The position numbers were made by a program, and so were the translations under genes. Below, piece by piece: positions 1 to 13,104 of a stretch of DNA of 64,000 nt; positions within the stretch are counted from its first letter, which is position 1; every line of letters begins with the position of its first letter. The DNA comes from Hypanus sabinus (Eukaryota), in contig NC_082714.1 of assembly GCF_030144855.1 (NCBI RefSeq), forward strand, positions 41,106,001 through 41,170,000, written 5' to 3'. Below the pieces are notes generated by a model. The model was not told the origin of the DNA. It was given only the letters and a program-made list of their open reading frames with translations, and made no database searches.

Positions 1-40
1 TTTTGCTACAGATGCTACCTGATCTATTGTGCTAAATAAT

Positions 41-111
41 TTTCAGATTTCAGATTTTCAGATTTCAGATTTCAGATTTTCAGATTTCAGATTTCAGATT
101 TTCAGATTTCA
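41..111. repeat. Tandem repeat of (T)TTTCAGA 7-8-mers, arranged as about three 22-bp higher-order units
   Basis: TTTCAGA TTTCAGA TTTTCAGA repeated about 3 times. Confidence 0.9.
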
Positions 112-196
112 AGTTTAAACTGGTTTTGATTTAATTTTGCTGACAGGATATGCTGAAAGGCCTTCTCTATCATGCTCCAAATTGTTGTATACTTAC

Positions 197-290
197 TGCA
201 TGAATTTACAATAGGGGCCTTCGGGACAGAACCCCACCAGATAATTTACACAGATGACTCGGCGGGTATGCCGGTGCCTGCACAAAGGAC
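197..290 (-). CDS. CPSF4: CPSF4 (CPSF30) coding exon 5 ([32 protein letters not shown]); gene continues left of the window
   Basis: 94-nt exon, cag acceptor and gtaagt donor on the minus strand; CCCH zinc fingers matching CPSF4; not in the ORF track in this frame. Confidence 0.96.
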
Positions 291-457
291 CTGCAAAAGG
301 ACAGGATTTGGATCAGCAATCTGAAGTTATAACTCAGCAATAACATCCCTCCATCTCCATGACACGCTATTAAAAACGACTCCGAGACAAAATGGTCAGA
401 GCATCCTTTCCAGAAAAACAATGTAAATGTTTATTCTGTTAAAAAGAAAATTTATAT

Positions 458-1622
458 TGGTAGAGGCAGGTTCGATACTATCATTTTTTTTTTAATTTTT
501 AAAAAAAATTTTAATTAGTTTTTCAAAACATTTTACAAATTAAAAACCCCAAATCCCAATGAGGAACATTAAAACGGTGCAAAATTAAGCATACAATAAC
601 AATATGCTACAAAGGAAGAGAATTAAGCAAAAAAAAAGCACCTAAATTAAAGACAAGTAAGCTTAGTGCCCTCCCCAAGCCCCACAACACAAGAAAAAAC
701 AACAACTCCTCCAGACCAACCACAACACAATATAGAGAGAATAAGTCAGGATAGCCAAGCTCCCAGACTGTGAATACACTCAGCAACAGAGGATAATAAT
801 GCCTTCTACCAGAAAAAAAAAGGAGCTGAAAGCAAGGGACCAAAAAGAAAAAAAAAACCCTAGTCAAGAGGAAGGTTATGAAAGTACTCGATAAAAGGTC
901 CCCAGACCTTATGGAACTTTAGATCCGAATTGAGAACTGAATAATGAATTTTTTCGAGGTCCAAACAGGCCATGATGTCGTTAAGCCATTGAGCATGAGT
1001 GGGCGGGGCAACATCTCTCCATCTGAGGAAGATGAAGCATCTAGCCAGGAGAGAGGCAAAGGATAATATTCGGCATTTGGTCGGACCCAGACATAAATCT
1101 GTCTCGCCCCAAAAACCGAACAGAGCAATTAAGGGGTTTGATTCTAGGTGCTGATTCAAAATACACAATAACGTAGTGAAGACATCTTTCCAGAATTTCT
1201 CCAAGCTAGGACAGAACCAGTACATATGGATGAGAGAGGCCACGCCCCTCTTGCATTTATCACAGAGCGGACTAACACTAGGGTAGAATCGAGATAGTTT
1301 AGATTTAGACATATGGGCTATATGAACAATCTTAAACTGTAAAAGGCAGTGGCGAGCACAAAGAGAAGTTGAGTTAACTGATTTGAGAACTGAATCCCAG
1401 CTCTCCTCAGATAAGGAGATATTTAAATCCTGCTCCCAGGCCATTTTGATTTTATCCATGGGGGGATACTGTCATTTAAAGTAACATTAGATAGGTATAT
1501 GGACAGGAAAGGAATGGAGGGTTATGGGCTGAGTGCAGGTCAGTGGGACTAGGTGAGAGTAAGCATTCGGCAAGGACCAGAAGGGCCGAGATGTCCGTGC
1601 TGTAATTGTTATGTGGTTATAA
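458..1622 (+). mobile_element. CR1-type LINE 3' fragment (458-486 and 1465-1622) split by the L1-like insertion
   Basis: The two halves join to tggtagaggcaggttcgatact(a/g)tcatttaaagtaacattagataggtatatggacagg, a typical CR1 ORF2 end and 3' UTR. Confidence 0.75.
487..1464 (-). mobile_element. 5'-truncated L1/Tx1-clade LINE with ORF2 C-terminus, poly(A) and 13-bp TSD
   Basis: ORF 860-1459 has the CDKC...HMYWFC zinc knuckle and FHKVWGPF end; T-run at 484-492; TSD gatactatcattt (474-486) / gatactgtcattt (1465-1477). Confidence 0.88.
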
Positions 1623-2238
1623 CGGCAACTGGAACTGAATAAAGAATATTTTTAACTTTCCCTAATTTGGACATTGCCCAAATTAAAAGTAAAAAAACAT
1701 CTGCCCAATACAAATATTTTAGTTTAAAAAAACTAATTTTAACATCTTACAACTACTCCTCACCTCTAGAGAGTCAATCCCTCAGGTAGGATGGTAAGTG
1801 TGCCACCACAATTGCTCGTCTCTCCCTCATCACATTTTTGGTTAAGTTGTAAAATCAAAACAAATGAATAGATTTCTGTATCTGATCACCAGGCAATGCA
1901 TCCTATTGGAGGTTACACAGGTGTCTACAACAGCCTAAAATGGGATCAGGCTTGCGATCAGAGTGAATGCTGACCAGATTCACATGTGAAGAATGATCAT
2001 TTGGATATTCTGCTGAAATGGATGGCATCTAGAGAGTAAAAAATTGTTTCTCTTTCCCTCAGGGTACTTTGGAAGTTTTGTTCCATTCTCAACCACCGTT
2101 CTCTCCGTGCCACACAACAGCCCAACTGAGAGTCAAGTAAAACGACACATTCTCCAATCTCCAACAGAGCCAAAACAATGTACTTGACAGCATCCATTCA
2201 GATAATTTAACCACTTTTCCACCTTACATAACACTTAC

Positions 2239-2334
2239 CATGTTTACAAAATCCTCTGTCATACCATGGACAGTCTTTAATTTTGGACTCAGGATCAATA
2301 TGTAGAAATGGACATTCTTTGTTACTACATTCTC
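2239..2334 (-). CDS. CPSF4: CPSF4 coding exon 4 (ECSNKECPFLHIDPESKIKDCPWYDRGFCKH)
   Basis: 96-nt exon, cag/gtaagt, frame continuous with flanking exons. Confidence 0.97.
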
Positions 2335-2978
2335 CTGCAGCAGCATGAGAGGGGGAAAGAAAACCAAATTAAAACAAATCACAAAGGGAAAATAAGGGAA
2401 CTAATTGCATTTAGGCTAGCTTAGATTATTTCAATTCTCCCTTCTTGATATCATCCTATAACCTATTCCTTAAGGAATGTTTCAACCGAACGAACTGATC
2501 ATTCTGATAGCAGTCTATTAACTCTCAAACACCAACTAAATTTGCTCTGAAGCAATATCCCTAATCTGAGGCAACTGATTGTAACAGCTGGGAGATACTT
2601 AAGGAATTTATCACTGCATGTTGCAGGCATATCCAAATCCTAAACTTGGCCCGGGAAGCAGATGCACTCAGCATTACGTGCAAGGAATTTGAAAATACAT
2701 AGGTGATCATATTCCAAAACAGCGTCGTTTCAGAAACTTGAGGGTTATTTCTTATTAAAGTGTACCACACTGCCCTGATATAAGAGATTATAACAGAAGT
2801 AATTCTTAGATGTGACTTTAAAGCTGTAGTGCACAATTCTTGTACATAGGAAAGCCATAATAAGATTTTTTAAAACATTTCAGCAAGACAGCATTTTGTC
2901 ACAGTTACTAATGCTAAGCCTGCTTTTTCCACCTTCAATTAGCTTGGAAATCCCACACAAAGTGAACAGTGAGCTCAC

Positions 2979-3131
2979 CAAACTTGGAATAGAAATAACA
3001 CTCTGGCATCTTCGTCATGTCATACTCATGTAAGAATTCACACTGATCTCCTTTCTTGCACAGCCCCCGCAACCAGTGTTTACACACCACTGTCTTCTCA
3101 CCACTAATGTGGCGAAAGGGACACATTCCAC
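2979..3131 (-). CDS. CPSF4: CPSF4 coding exon 3 (GMCPFRHISGEKTVVCKHWLRGLCKKGDQCEFLHEYDMTKMPECYFYSKF)
   Basis: 153-nt exon inside ORF 2935-3228; hallmark CPSF4 zinc-finger sequence; cag/gtgagc. Confidence 0.98.
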
Positions 3132-4570
3132 CTGCAATAGAAAAGTCAGGTTCAATCACTAGAATAGTTACTGGGGATGGGAGAAAGGAAGAGAGGAAGA
3201 GGCACATCACCAACAAAGGGAAGAACATATAAACATGTACAAAATACCATTCCTCAAGGTTTCAGAGTCACAAAGGCAGCGATTCATAAACTTTGAGGAA
3301 TAGTGTACTGTACATGTTTATATACATCCAGTTTCACAAAACATGTTCTCCTGTTTCTCTCGAGAGCACATACCATACCACAGGCTTTGTGAGATCTGCA
3401 AGCAAAAGTTCACCTCTATCAGGAAATGCATATTAATAACAGGTACCAGGATTTAATTTCCATGTGATTCAATATTTTTAGAAGTATTTGGCCTCATTCT
3501 CTAGAAACCAAGGAAAAGATCAGAATGCTCTCAAACAAAAAAATTAACATACCTGTACCTCCCAGATTGTTATGACCAGACCTAATCCAAGCTTGTAGGA
3601 CAACACTTAATTTTCCATCAGTACATATCACAGGGATCAAAATCATTATCAAATTCTGTAACTTCGTATGACTGACGTTCTCTGTAGCAGAGTTAATCTT
3701 CTGTGATATTGGCTCAGTTTTTCCTCTTTCTATTAATGAAACCTGACATGTTGAGCATGTTCCTAGTGATAAATTTTGCAACTCTTACAGTCCTTTTCTC
3801 TTCTCACTGTCATTTCAAACATTTTATAGGAAGAAATGGCAAAAGTTTCCCCTTCCTAATAACTACCAATGAGATGACTATATCTTAACTTCACTCCACA
3901 CCAGAGATATTCCCATTGTCCTATTCGTCCCTGTCTTAGCTTGGAGAGGAAGGAAGATGACAGAGGGCTACCTACCTAGGACAAAGAGTCTTTAACTTGA
4001 AAAATAAACTGCTTCTCTTCTCACAGAAAATACCTGATCAATATTTCTAGCATCTTCTGGTCCTATTTAAGATTTTCAATGGCTACAGTTATTTTGAATT
4101 TCACCACATATTGATGGTCCAGTGCACAAGGTCCCTACCATGTCAGCATGGATTAGGACATCATTGTGATGAATACTGCAAATGATTGTCTCATTAAAGA
4201 CACAGTCTTTTCGGTAGTTTAGTTTCCTCTCCTCATTCCATTAGTCTCCCTATCCCACCACCTAGCTGAGAGAATTGACTAATGAGCCACCAACCCACCA
4301 TCAATACCAGGTGAGGTGCTGGTAATGGGTGGATGCAAATACTGAGTGCTTCCCGTCCTTACAGAAAGAGCTTATCTCAGACATTCCTCTAACGTGATGC
4401 AGCAAAACAGACAAATAGGTAAGGAAGAATAAAAAAGGCGGAGGATGATTCTGTGTCTGCTGAGAACGTTTGTGTAAAATTATAATTAGTTAAAAGTGAA
4501 ATTCCATGTTCTTAGTAATAAATGCTATAGTAACTAATCAAACTGATCAACAGTTGCTTTGATAGCTTAC

Positions 4571-4621
4571 CCTTCCCACATGACGCCCGCAGAAAAAATT
4601 CACATACCGCTGCACCAGACT
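4571..4621 (-). CDS. CPSF4: CPSF4 coding exon 2 (KSGAAVCEFFLRASCGK)
   Basis: 51-nt exon, ttttacag acceptor and gtaagc donor. Confidence 0.96.
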
Positions 4622-5907
4622 CTGTAAAAGAAAAATAACAAGCACATAAGCTATGTTCAATAGCTTTTAAAATCCTTGTCCCAATTATGGAGATAGAGTC
4701 ACTGATACCTCAAATGCCTAAAAATGCTTCCTTTTTCTTCATTGGAAATGAATTGTTTTGGACGATCTAACTATTTTCTAGGGACCATTAACAAAAAAAT
4801 ACACAAGTTACTCCAGTAAACAACTGATGTCAAAATTAGTGCACTGTCCAAGTAGTGAAACAATGTGGGCACAAGAATAATTGCAAGTCAGATTTGTTCT
4901 GTCTCCAATAAGTCATTTGGTTTATTTAAACTTGAAAGTTTAGATAATATGTCCTACTAAAGCAAGTAGACAAACTTATTAAATGCACTATTAAAAATAT
5001 TAGTCAGCACAAATGGATGCAGTATTGAACACATCATGCTTCGCAGGTAGCTTAAGAGGGATCTCAGTATTTAGGACAAGTACACCAGGGATGGAAAACA
5101 AATGTAGCTGCAGGCGCTGGAATCTGAAACAAGAACAAAAATGTGGAAAACTTAAGTCAGTCAAGCAGCAGCCATGGAATGGCAATTGAATACTGTATTT
5201 CAGTCCAATGACCCCGCCAAAGAACTGCTACAGAATTGCATCAGGAATGCTGACTGCCCTGGAACTGACCTATTGCTTGCATACACATTAATTCAAAGCA
5301 ACAGCAATTTTTCTTTTAAAGTATGCATCTAGTAGGAATAAGACATCTTTAGTCTGCTCATTCATTAAGCTCATGGCTCACCCACTTCCCCTGCTAGCCC
5401 AAGACCCCAAACACCCAAAAATTTTGTACGTATTCAATATCTGAGTAACAGGCACCTGCAGTATTTAATTATAAGCATTTAAAAAGAACTGTGTAATGCA
5501 ATTTGTCATCTCAGCTCTAAATAAACTATGTTCTCCAGTCTAAGGAAACTGCTTCCCAGCATTTAATCTTCTTAGAATCTTCTCTCTCAATTAAACTATT
5601 TCTCACCCTTTTAGACCCTGGTGAGTACCATCATCCAGTAAGTACTTTTGTCCCAGAAGTTAATCTAATGAATGCATACTGCACTTTCTCCAAGGCAACA
5701 AAAAGAGATCAAAAGAGTACATAGTACTCAACAAACCCTGTCACAAGAGGAACAAGCCTTACAGTCGCAAACTCCAAATTTTACCTGCAATTAAAAATTC
5801 TCTTTGCATCATTTATTTTACCCATGTTTACTTATTCATGAATCAACAAGATTTTGCCAGTGTTTCCTACAGAGTGAATAAATTCAGATTTTCCCACACT
5901 TATCACA

Positions 5908-8900
5908 GCTGCCAGAAGTGAGGCCAAAACTGCCGACCTCGGAAATCGAGCCTCCGCAACCGTGACTCAGTTCACAGACTTGTTTCAGCCGGGAGCCCGG
6001 CCGTCCGGGATTAAGTGTCGGCTTTGGGGCCCGACCCAATCGACAGCCCGGGCCCCCTGCAGTTGGAAGTGGCAGCGGAGCCTCCCCTATCACTCAGCCC
6101 GACCTGGAGCGCCAGACGATGTGACTTGCCAATCAATCCCTGTGGGATGCATCCACCAATCTCAAAGAGCTGCCAACAACACACTGCATCGATGGAAACC
6201 TGGAAAGATGCACTATTTACTGAGGAAGTGTGGGAAAAGAACTGGGCTACTGGTCAGATTGAAGCTGAGGGGCTTTAGGGTCCCCCTGCCCACTACTAGC
6301 TAATATGCAAGCCATAGAGAACAAGGTGGATGATCTTAAAGGGAAACTCACCTCAGGGAGATGCAGAACTACTGTGTATTCTGTTTCACAGAGAACTGGC
6401 TCTCCCCTGCCACCTCAGACTGTGCCATCCGACCAGAGGGATTTTCGATCCATTGGATGGACCGCACGGCATCTTTGGGCAAGACGAAGGGAGGTGGTGT
6501 CTGCCTACTGATCAACACTGCGTGGTGCTCGGACACAGTGGCACTGACAAGCTCCTGCAGTCCGGACCTGGAACATCTGTCTGAAGTGTTGTCCCTATTA
6601 TCTGCCATGGGAATTCACCTCGGTCATACTGACGGCGGTCTACATTCCCCCCCAGGCGGGCGTGGAGTGTGCTGTGAACACACTGTATGCCAACATCAGT
6701 GAACTTGAGACCAGGTATTCGGAGGCTTTGCTCACTACAGCTGGGGACTTCAACCAGGCCAATCTCAGAAAAGTGCTACCAAAGTTATACCAACATGTCT
6801 CCTGCTCCACTAGAGAGGTCTGAATATACTTGACCACTGCTACACAACAGTCAAGGATGCCTACCGTTCCACCACGACCTCACTTCGGAAAATCAGACCA
6901 TCAGGCCATACTCCTCCTCCCGGCTTACAAACAGAAACTGAAGTGGGAGGTCACGGTGTCAAAAGTGGTGTCGCGTTGGACAGAGGAAATGGATGAGATC
7001 CTCCGTGACTGCTTTGAATCGGTGGACTGGTTAGTATTCAAGGACTTGGCAGCTAACCTCGATGAGTATGCCTCAGCTGTCACGGACTTTATCTGGAAGC
7101 GCACAGAGGACTGTGTGTCTCGCAAGATGATCCGGGTATTCCCTAACCAGAAACCTTGGATGACTTGAGGTCCAGTCCCTCCTGAAGGCTAAAGCTGCGG
7201 CTTTTAGGTCCGGGGATACCAGTTGCTACACAGAATCCAGGCGTGAACTCTGGAAAGCCATTAAGGGCGCCAAGAGGCAATATCGAGCCAAGTTGGAAGC
7301 CCAGGCTAACCAGAGGGATGCCAGTAGACTATGGCAGGGTGTAAATGAGATCACTGAGCGCAAAGAAAAGGCTGGGAATATCAATAACTGTACCGCTTCT
7401 CTTCCTGACGAACTTAACATATTCGACGCAAGATTTGAATACGAGTGTCCCGCCCCCTCCAGATGAACCGGACTTGGTGGCATCGAGATTCATCATCACT
7501 GAGGAAGACGTTAGAAGAGCCTTCCTGAAGAATAATCCAAGGAAGGCGACAGGCCCAGATGGCGACCCGGGACAGGTTCTCCAGGCCTAGCGAGCTAGCT
7601 GGAGTGTTTGCTGACATCTTCAACTGCTCCCTGCTTCAGACTAAGATCCCCTCATGTTTTAAGAAGGCAACGATAATTCCGGTGCCGAAGAAAAGCAAGG
7701 TAGCATGCCTGAATGACTATCTACCTGTGGCTGTGACATCAATTGCTATGAAGTGTTTCGAGCGAATGGTTATGGCACATAGCAACCATAACCTACCAGT
7801 CAACCTCGACGCTTTGCAATTCGCCTACCCGAGCAACAGGTCAACGGCAGATGCCATCTCTCTGTCACTACATTGCTCCTTAGAACACCTGAAGAAAAAA
7901 GACACATATGAAAGGCTCCTTTTCATTGAATACAGCTCTGCCTTTAATACCATCATTCCAAATAAACTGATTCCTGAGCTCTGGAACCTGGGTCTTAGCA
8001 CTCAGATCTGCAGCTGGATCTTCAACTTCCTCACAGACAGGACCCAGGCTGTAAAAATAGGGGCCAAGCTCTCCTCTACAATCACTCTGAGCACCGGTGT
8101 CCCACTAGGCTGTGTACTCAGCCCCCTGCAGTGCTCACTGTACACCCATGATTGTGTAGCAAAGTTTCCATCGAACTCAATATATAAGTTTGCTGATGAC
8201 ACCACAATTGTAAGCCGTATTTTGGATAATGATGAGTCTGAGTACAGAGAGGAAATTAAGAACCTGGTGGCATGGTGCGAAGACAATAACCTATCCCTCA
8301 ACGTCAGCAAGACGAAGGAATTGGTTGTTGACTTCAGAAGGAATAGTGGACCACATGACCCCATCTACATCGGAGGTGCGCAAGTGGAACAGGTCAAAAA
8401 CTTTAAGTTCCTCAAGGTGAATATCACAAATGACCTGCCTTGGTCTAACCAAGCAGAGTCCACTGCCAAGAAGGCCCAACTGTGCGTTTACTTCCTGAGA
8501 AAGCTGAAGAAATTTGGCCTGTCCCCTAAAATCTCACTAATTTTTATAGATGCACCGTAGAAAACATTCTTCTAAGGTGCATCACAACCTGGTATGGAAG
8601 TTGTCCTGTCCAAGACCAGAAGAAGCTGCAGAAGATCGCGAACATAGCCCAGCACATCACACAAACCAATCTTCCATCCTTGGACTCACTTTACACTGCA
8701 CACTGTCAGAGCAGTGCTGCCAGGATAATCAAGGACACGACCCACCCAGCCAACACACTTTTTGTCCCACTTCCCTCCGGGAGAAGGTTCAGGAGCATGG
8801 AGATTTGTACGGCCAGATTTGGGAATAGCTTCTTTTCAACTGTGATAAGACTGCTGAACAGATCCTGACCCGGATCTGCGCCATACCTTCCAAATATCGG

Positions 8901-9082
8901 GACCTGACTTGCACTACCCTACTTTCCCTTTTCTATTATCTAATTATGATTTATAATTTAAATTTTTATTATATTTACTTTGATCTGTACTCCAGGGAGC
9001 GCGAAGCGCAGAATCAAATATCGCTGTGATGATTGTACGCTCTAGTATCAGTTGTTTGGTGACAATAAAGTAAAGTAAGTAA
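5908..9082 (+). mobile_element. Near full-length Rex1/Babar-type LINE (APE endonuclease + RT), frameshifted
   Basis: CFTENWL, GGGVC, GDFN and SDH endonuclease motifs; 333-aa RT ORF 7559-8560 with GCVLSP and KFADD; 3' tail aataaagtaaagtaagtaa. Confidence 0.9.
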
Positions 9083-9232
9083 CTTCTACTTGCTCAAGTC
9101 TAGAACCCTTCACTCCCCTGCCCAAACTGCAATAGCAACACAATATGAACACACTTACATCATTAATATAAATTGCAATTAATCCTGATTGTTGCATAAT
9201 AAAACAAGTACTTTAAAAGAACACAGGAAATA

Positions 9233-11766
9233 CATTGCCTTGAAAAAGTATTCAACCCTCACAACTATTTTCACATTTTACTGTTATTTTCTAAATTTAA
9301 AATATATCGATGTAGGATTTTTCCGAGTTAATCTTCAAAACATTGTGCATCACGTCAAATCTAAAGAATTCCCAAAACTGTCAACAATTTACTAAAATTA
9401 AAAAGCAAGATTGTGAGGCTGAAGCAGTATTCATCCCCTTTGTAATTACTATGCTAACCTTCCTCAGGTGCAATACTGTATATTACCTTACCAACTCACC
9501 CAATTTGTTGATGTAGAAAATTGGAATATCACCTGTTTTCAATGAATTTGTAAGAATCAATACCCTTCTCTCTATAAGGTCCAACTCTATGCAGATTTTC
9601 AACAGACCAAACCAAAATGAAGACTGAAGAGCATTCTAGACAAGTCATGGAAGCGATAATAGAGAAGTATAAATCCGGGAAAGGATAGATTAGCTCAAAG
9701 GCCCTGAAAATACCTTGGAGCTCAGTCCAGTTCATTGTGAAAAAATATGAAACCACAGTCACACTGCCTAGGTCAGGCTGCCCCTCTAAACTTACATGCC
9801 AGAGAAGAATGGCACTTGTATTGAGGCCACTGTGATGCCAACAGTCACTCTGAGTGAGCTGCAGAAGTCAGTGGTTGCAACTGGAGATGAAGCTCATTGC
9901 TCCACCATCTCCAAGGCCTTGCACAAAAAAGGTATTCATGAAAGAGTGGCAAGGAAGAAGCCATGGCTAAAAAAAAACATATCCTTGTCTGTAAAGACTT
10001 TGCAAAGCGTCGCTTAGAAGATACAGTTGACCTTCACTAATCCAACTACTTGTAATCCTGTTCCTTCAATAATCCGGCACTGATTTCAAATTTCCCGAGC
10101 CACCGTACCAATCTGCTGCGCGTTGTTTTGGTTGCGCTAGTTCTGTTCACGTGTTGGCACGCTCTTGTAAGCAGACAGGCGATTCCTGCTTATTGTGATA
10201 GTGGCTCAAAGAAACAGATGTGCGTTAAAAAAAACAATGAAAGACGGAAGAAGTTCATAACTAGATAAAGTGCTGATAACGTGGTTTAATCTTCGTGTAA
10301 GTGAAGGTGTTGAACTATCTGGAGATATGGTGAAGGAACAAGCAAAAGTGTTTCATGAAGAACTAGGACTAGATTATGAGTGTGACTATAGTGAAGCCTG
10401 GCTTCATTGGTTTAAGCAGTGTCATGGCTTACAGTTTTGTGCAGCCTGTGGTGAAAAACATTCAGCAGACAAGGAAGCAGCAGTAGAGTTTGTTGAGTTC
10501 ACCAAGTTAGTCTCCGATGAAAAATTAAGCCCCGAGCAGGTGTACAATGTTGTGCCACTTTCAGCACCAGTTCCTGATGCTTCACTCATTTTTCAAGATG
10601 AAGATGTTGATGATCCTGACAATCCCACACTTGCAGACACGTAACTTTGCCTGAAGGTATATTAAACATCTCACTTTAGAAGCGGAAGTGCTCAACTTTT
10701 CTATATAATTTCTGTACATTTAGCTGTACCCTTTATTTTATCTGTGCCTGTACAGTATATTACCTTATTAAAATTTCACTTGCTACTTATGTAATATTTC
10801 TGTTTCATTATTATCTAACTTGTACTGATACACATGATATTTTAAAGGTATGATGAGGCTGTTAGCTATTGCTTAATGTGGTCCTTCTGTAATTCAGCAT
10901 TTTCATTAATCCGGCACTCCTCAGGTCCCAATGGTGCCAGATTAGAGAAGGTCGACCTGTACTGTGAAGCTGTGGAAGAAGGTCTTGTGGTCAGATGAGA
11001 CTAAAGTGGAACTTTGGCCTCAACACTAAGTGTTACATATGGCATAAACCTAATACTGCTCTTCAGCCAGGTAACAACATCTCTACTGTAAAGTATGAAA
11101 GAGGTAGCATCAAGCTATGGGACAGGGACTGGAAATCTGGTCAGGAAGATGAATGCCCCTAAATACAGAGAGATGCTGGATAAAAACCTGCTGCCCTTTG
11201 ACAGAAAGCCTATACTGGGGAGGAAGTTTGCCTTTTAGCAGGAAAACGACCCAAGGCACACTGCCAGAGTAACCATGGAGTGGCTTCAAATGAAGAAAAT
11301 TGATGTTATTGAATGGCCCAGAGTCCTAACTTTAACCAGATCAAACATTTTATGCAAAATCTCAAAATCACTGTCACTGTCACTCCCCAACTAACTTGGC
11401 ACAGCTTGAGCAATTTTGCAAGGAGGAAAGGGCAAATCTTTCTCCATCACATTGTGCAAAGCTAACAGAGACTTACCCAAAAATACTACTGGCTGTAATA
11501 GCTGTGAGAGGTGATTCAACTAAGTACTGAACGGGGGGGGGGGGGGGGGGGGGGATGAATACTTTTGAGCTGCTGACATTTCAGTTTTTGAATGTTTAGG
11601 TTTTCATGCTTTACAATTTTTTGTGTTTTTGGGCTTTATTGTCAAAAAAAAAGGAGGACGTGATTCACAAATAAAAATTATCAAGTTAAATTGATCAAAA
11701 TCCCTGGTTGTAATACTCATTTATGTGAACAAAGGGTTGGGTGCTAAATACTTTTACAAGGCCCTG
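9233..11766 (+). mobile_element. Tc1-family DNA transposon (IR/DR type), defective
   Basis: TA TSDs at 9231-9232 and 11767-11768; termini CATTGCCTTGAAAAAGTATTCA and reverse-complement CAGGGCCTTGTAAAAGTATTTA; inner repeats near 9420-9438 and 11552-11570; transposase remnants ARKKPWL, VLWSDETK, NDPRH. Confidence 0.92.
10024..10959 (+). mobile_element. Tigger/pogo-type DNA transposon, internally deleted, nested in the Tc1
   Basis: TA TSDs at 10022-10023 and 10960-10961; TIRs CAGTTGACCTTCACTAATC / CAGGTCGACCTTCTCTAATC; ORF 10270-10644 is CENP-B HTH-like (SEAWLHWFKQCHG...CGE...PEQVYN). Confidence 0.9.
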
Positions 11767-13104
11767 TACATTATTTAGCCACAGGTCAGTGAAGATTGTC
11801 AAGATGTTGTTGGTGGGGAACAAGGTAATGGTAATGCCAATGCCATTGAGTACAAGGGAAGGCCAACTAAACTGCTTCACATTGGAGAAGGAATGGCCTG
11901 GTACTTCTACTTGTCACTTATCAGCCCACGTCTGAAATGTTATCTTGGGTCTTCCTGCATGTTGGCTTGATTCAGCTTCTGAAGAATTAAAAGTGAAATA
12001 TAATATTGAGCAACATCACACTTCTGAATTTGAGAGAAGTGAGAATGTTACTAGATCAGATACTGAAGTAGTGGAAGATGAGGAACTCCTACAATGGCCC
12101 TACAGCTGTGATGGTTGATCTTTAAATATCATAACCACTGCCCTTTGTGCATGCATCGACATCAACTACTGGAGCTTTTTAATGTCCTTTATGCCCACTG
12201 GCTTCGGTTTAACCAGAACTAATTAGTCAAATGACATCCTGATATCAAGGCTCATCACTTTCACCCCACCCGGAAAACTTAGCTCTGTGAAGCAAGGCTG
12301 TGACAAAGTTCGGTGCAGAGTGGTCGGAGAGCAAATTATTGGAGAGCTAATGCTCCCATTACTTTCCTGATGACATATTGGGCTGACTGAATGCTATTCT
12401 GCACATGGGATTTATCGTGCTTTTTGTGAACAGCACATACCTGGGCAAATTTCCATATCGAGTAGATGTGGGAGATGCAACTGTAGTGGAACTACTCGGA
12501 TGCAGTAATGAAGAACAAGTCTTCAGTGCTTCCTTCTGAAGTGACTGTTTCATTCCTAACTTTCTGGATTACTCTTCCATTTCCACCAACTACTCTGTAA
12601 CTTGCCCCTTCAAGGACCCAAACAGCCCTTACAGGTGAAGCAGCAATTCACTTTACCGCAACTTAATATACTGCATTTGAAACTAAAGATGTGGTCTTCA
12701 CCACAGAGAGTAAACCTAGACTCTAACCACTTTGCAGAACACAAAGGCAACCCTATAAGTCCGATTACCTGCTAATAACCCTGTATCCCATTCCCAGTCT
12801 GTTCTGTCCTTGTTGTCCAAAACTGTTACAGCATAAACTCGGGGGAAGAGTGCTTCATCTTCTTTTTAGACACACTGCAGTCTATGGGATTCAAGACTGA
12901 ATATAAGTTTAGACCACCAGCCTTTTCAATGTCAGAAATGGCTGATTCTGAGATACATTCAACAATTTTAATTACATTTTTCTCTCACTACCAGTGTTGC
13001 CAGAACTGCTTGGTACTCCCAGAATTCACTTTCATTTACCATTTTCAGCAACTTATAGCCTAGTTTTCACTTATTCTGAGTGGACTTTATTTCCTCTTGA
13101 TCTC

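Noticed and set aside
41-111. CRISPR-like array
   Set aside because: No unique spacers; simple tandem repeat in vertebrate DNA
10270-10644. Domesticated TIGD/JRK-like gene
   Set aside because: Lies between intact TIRs with TA TSDs and lacks most of the DDE domain, so it is a deleted transposon
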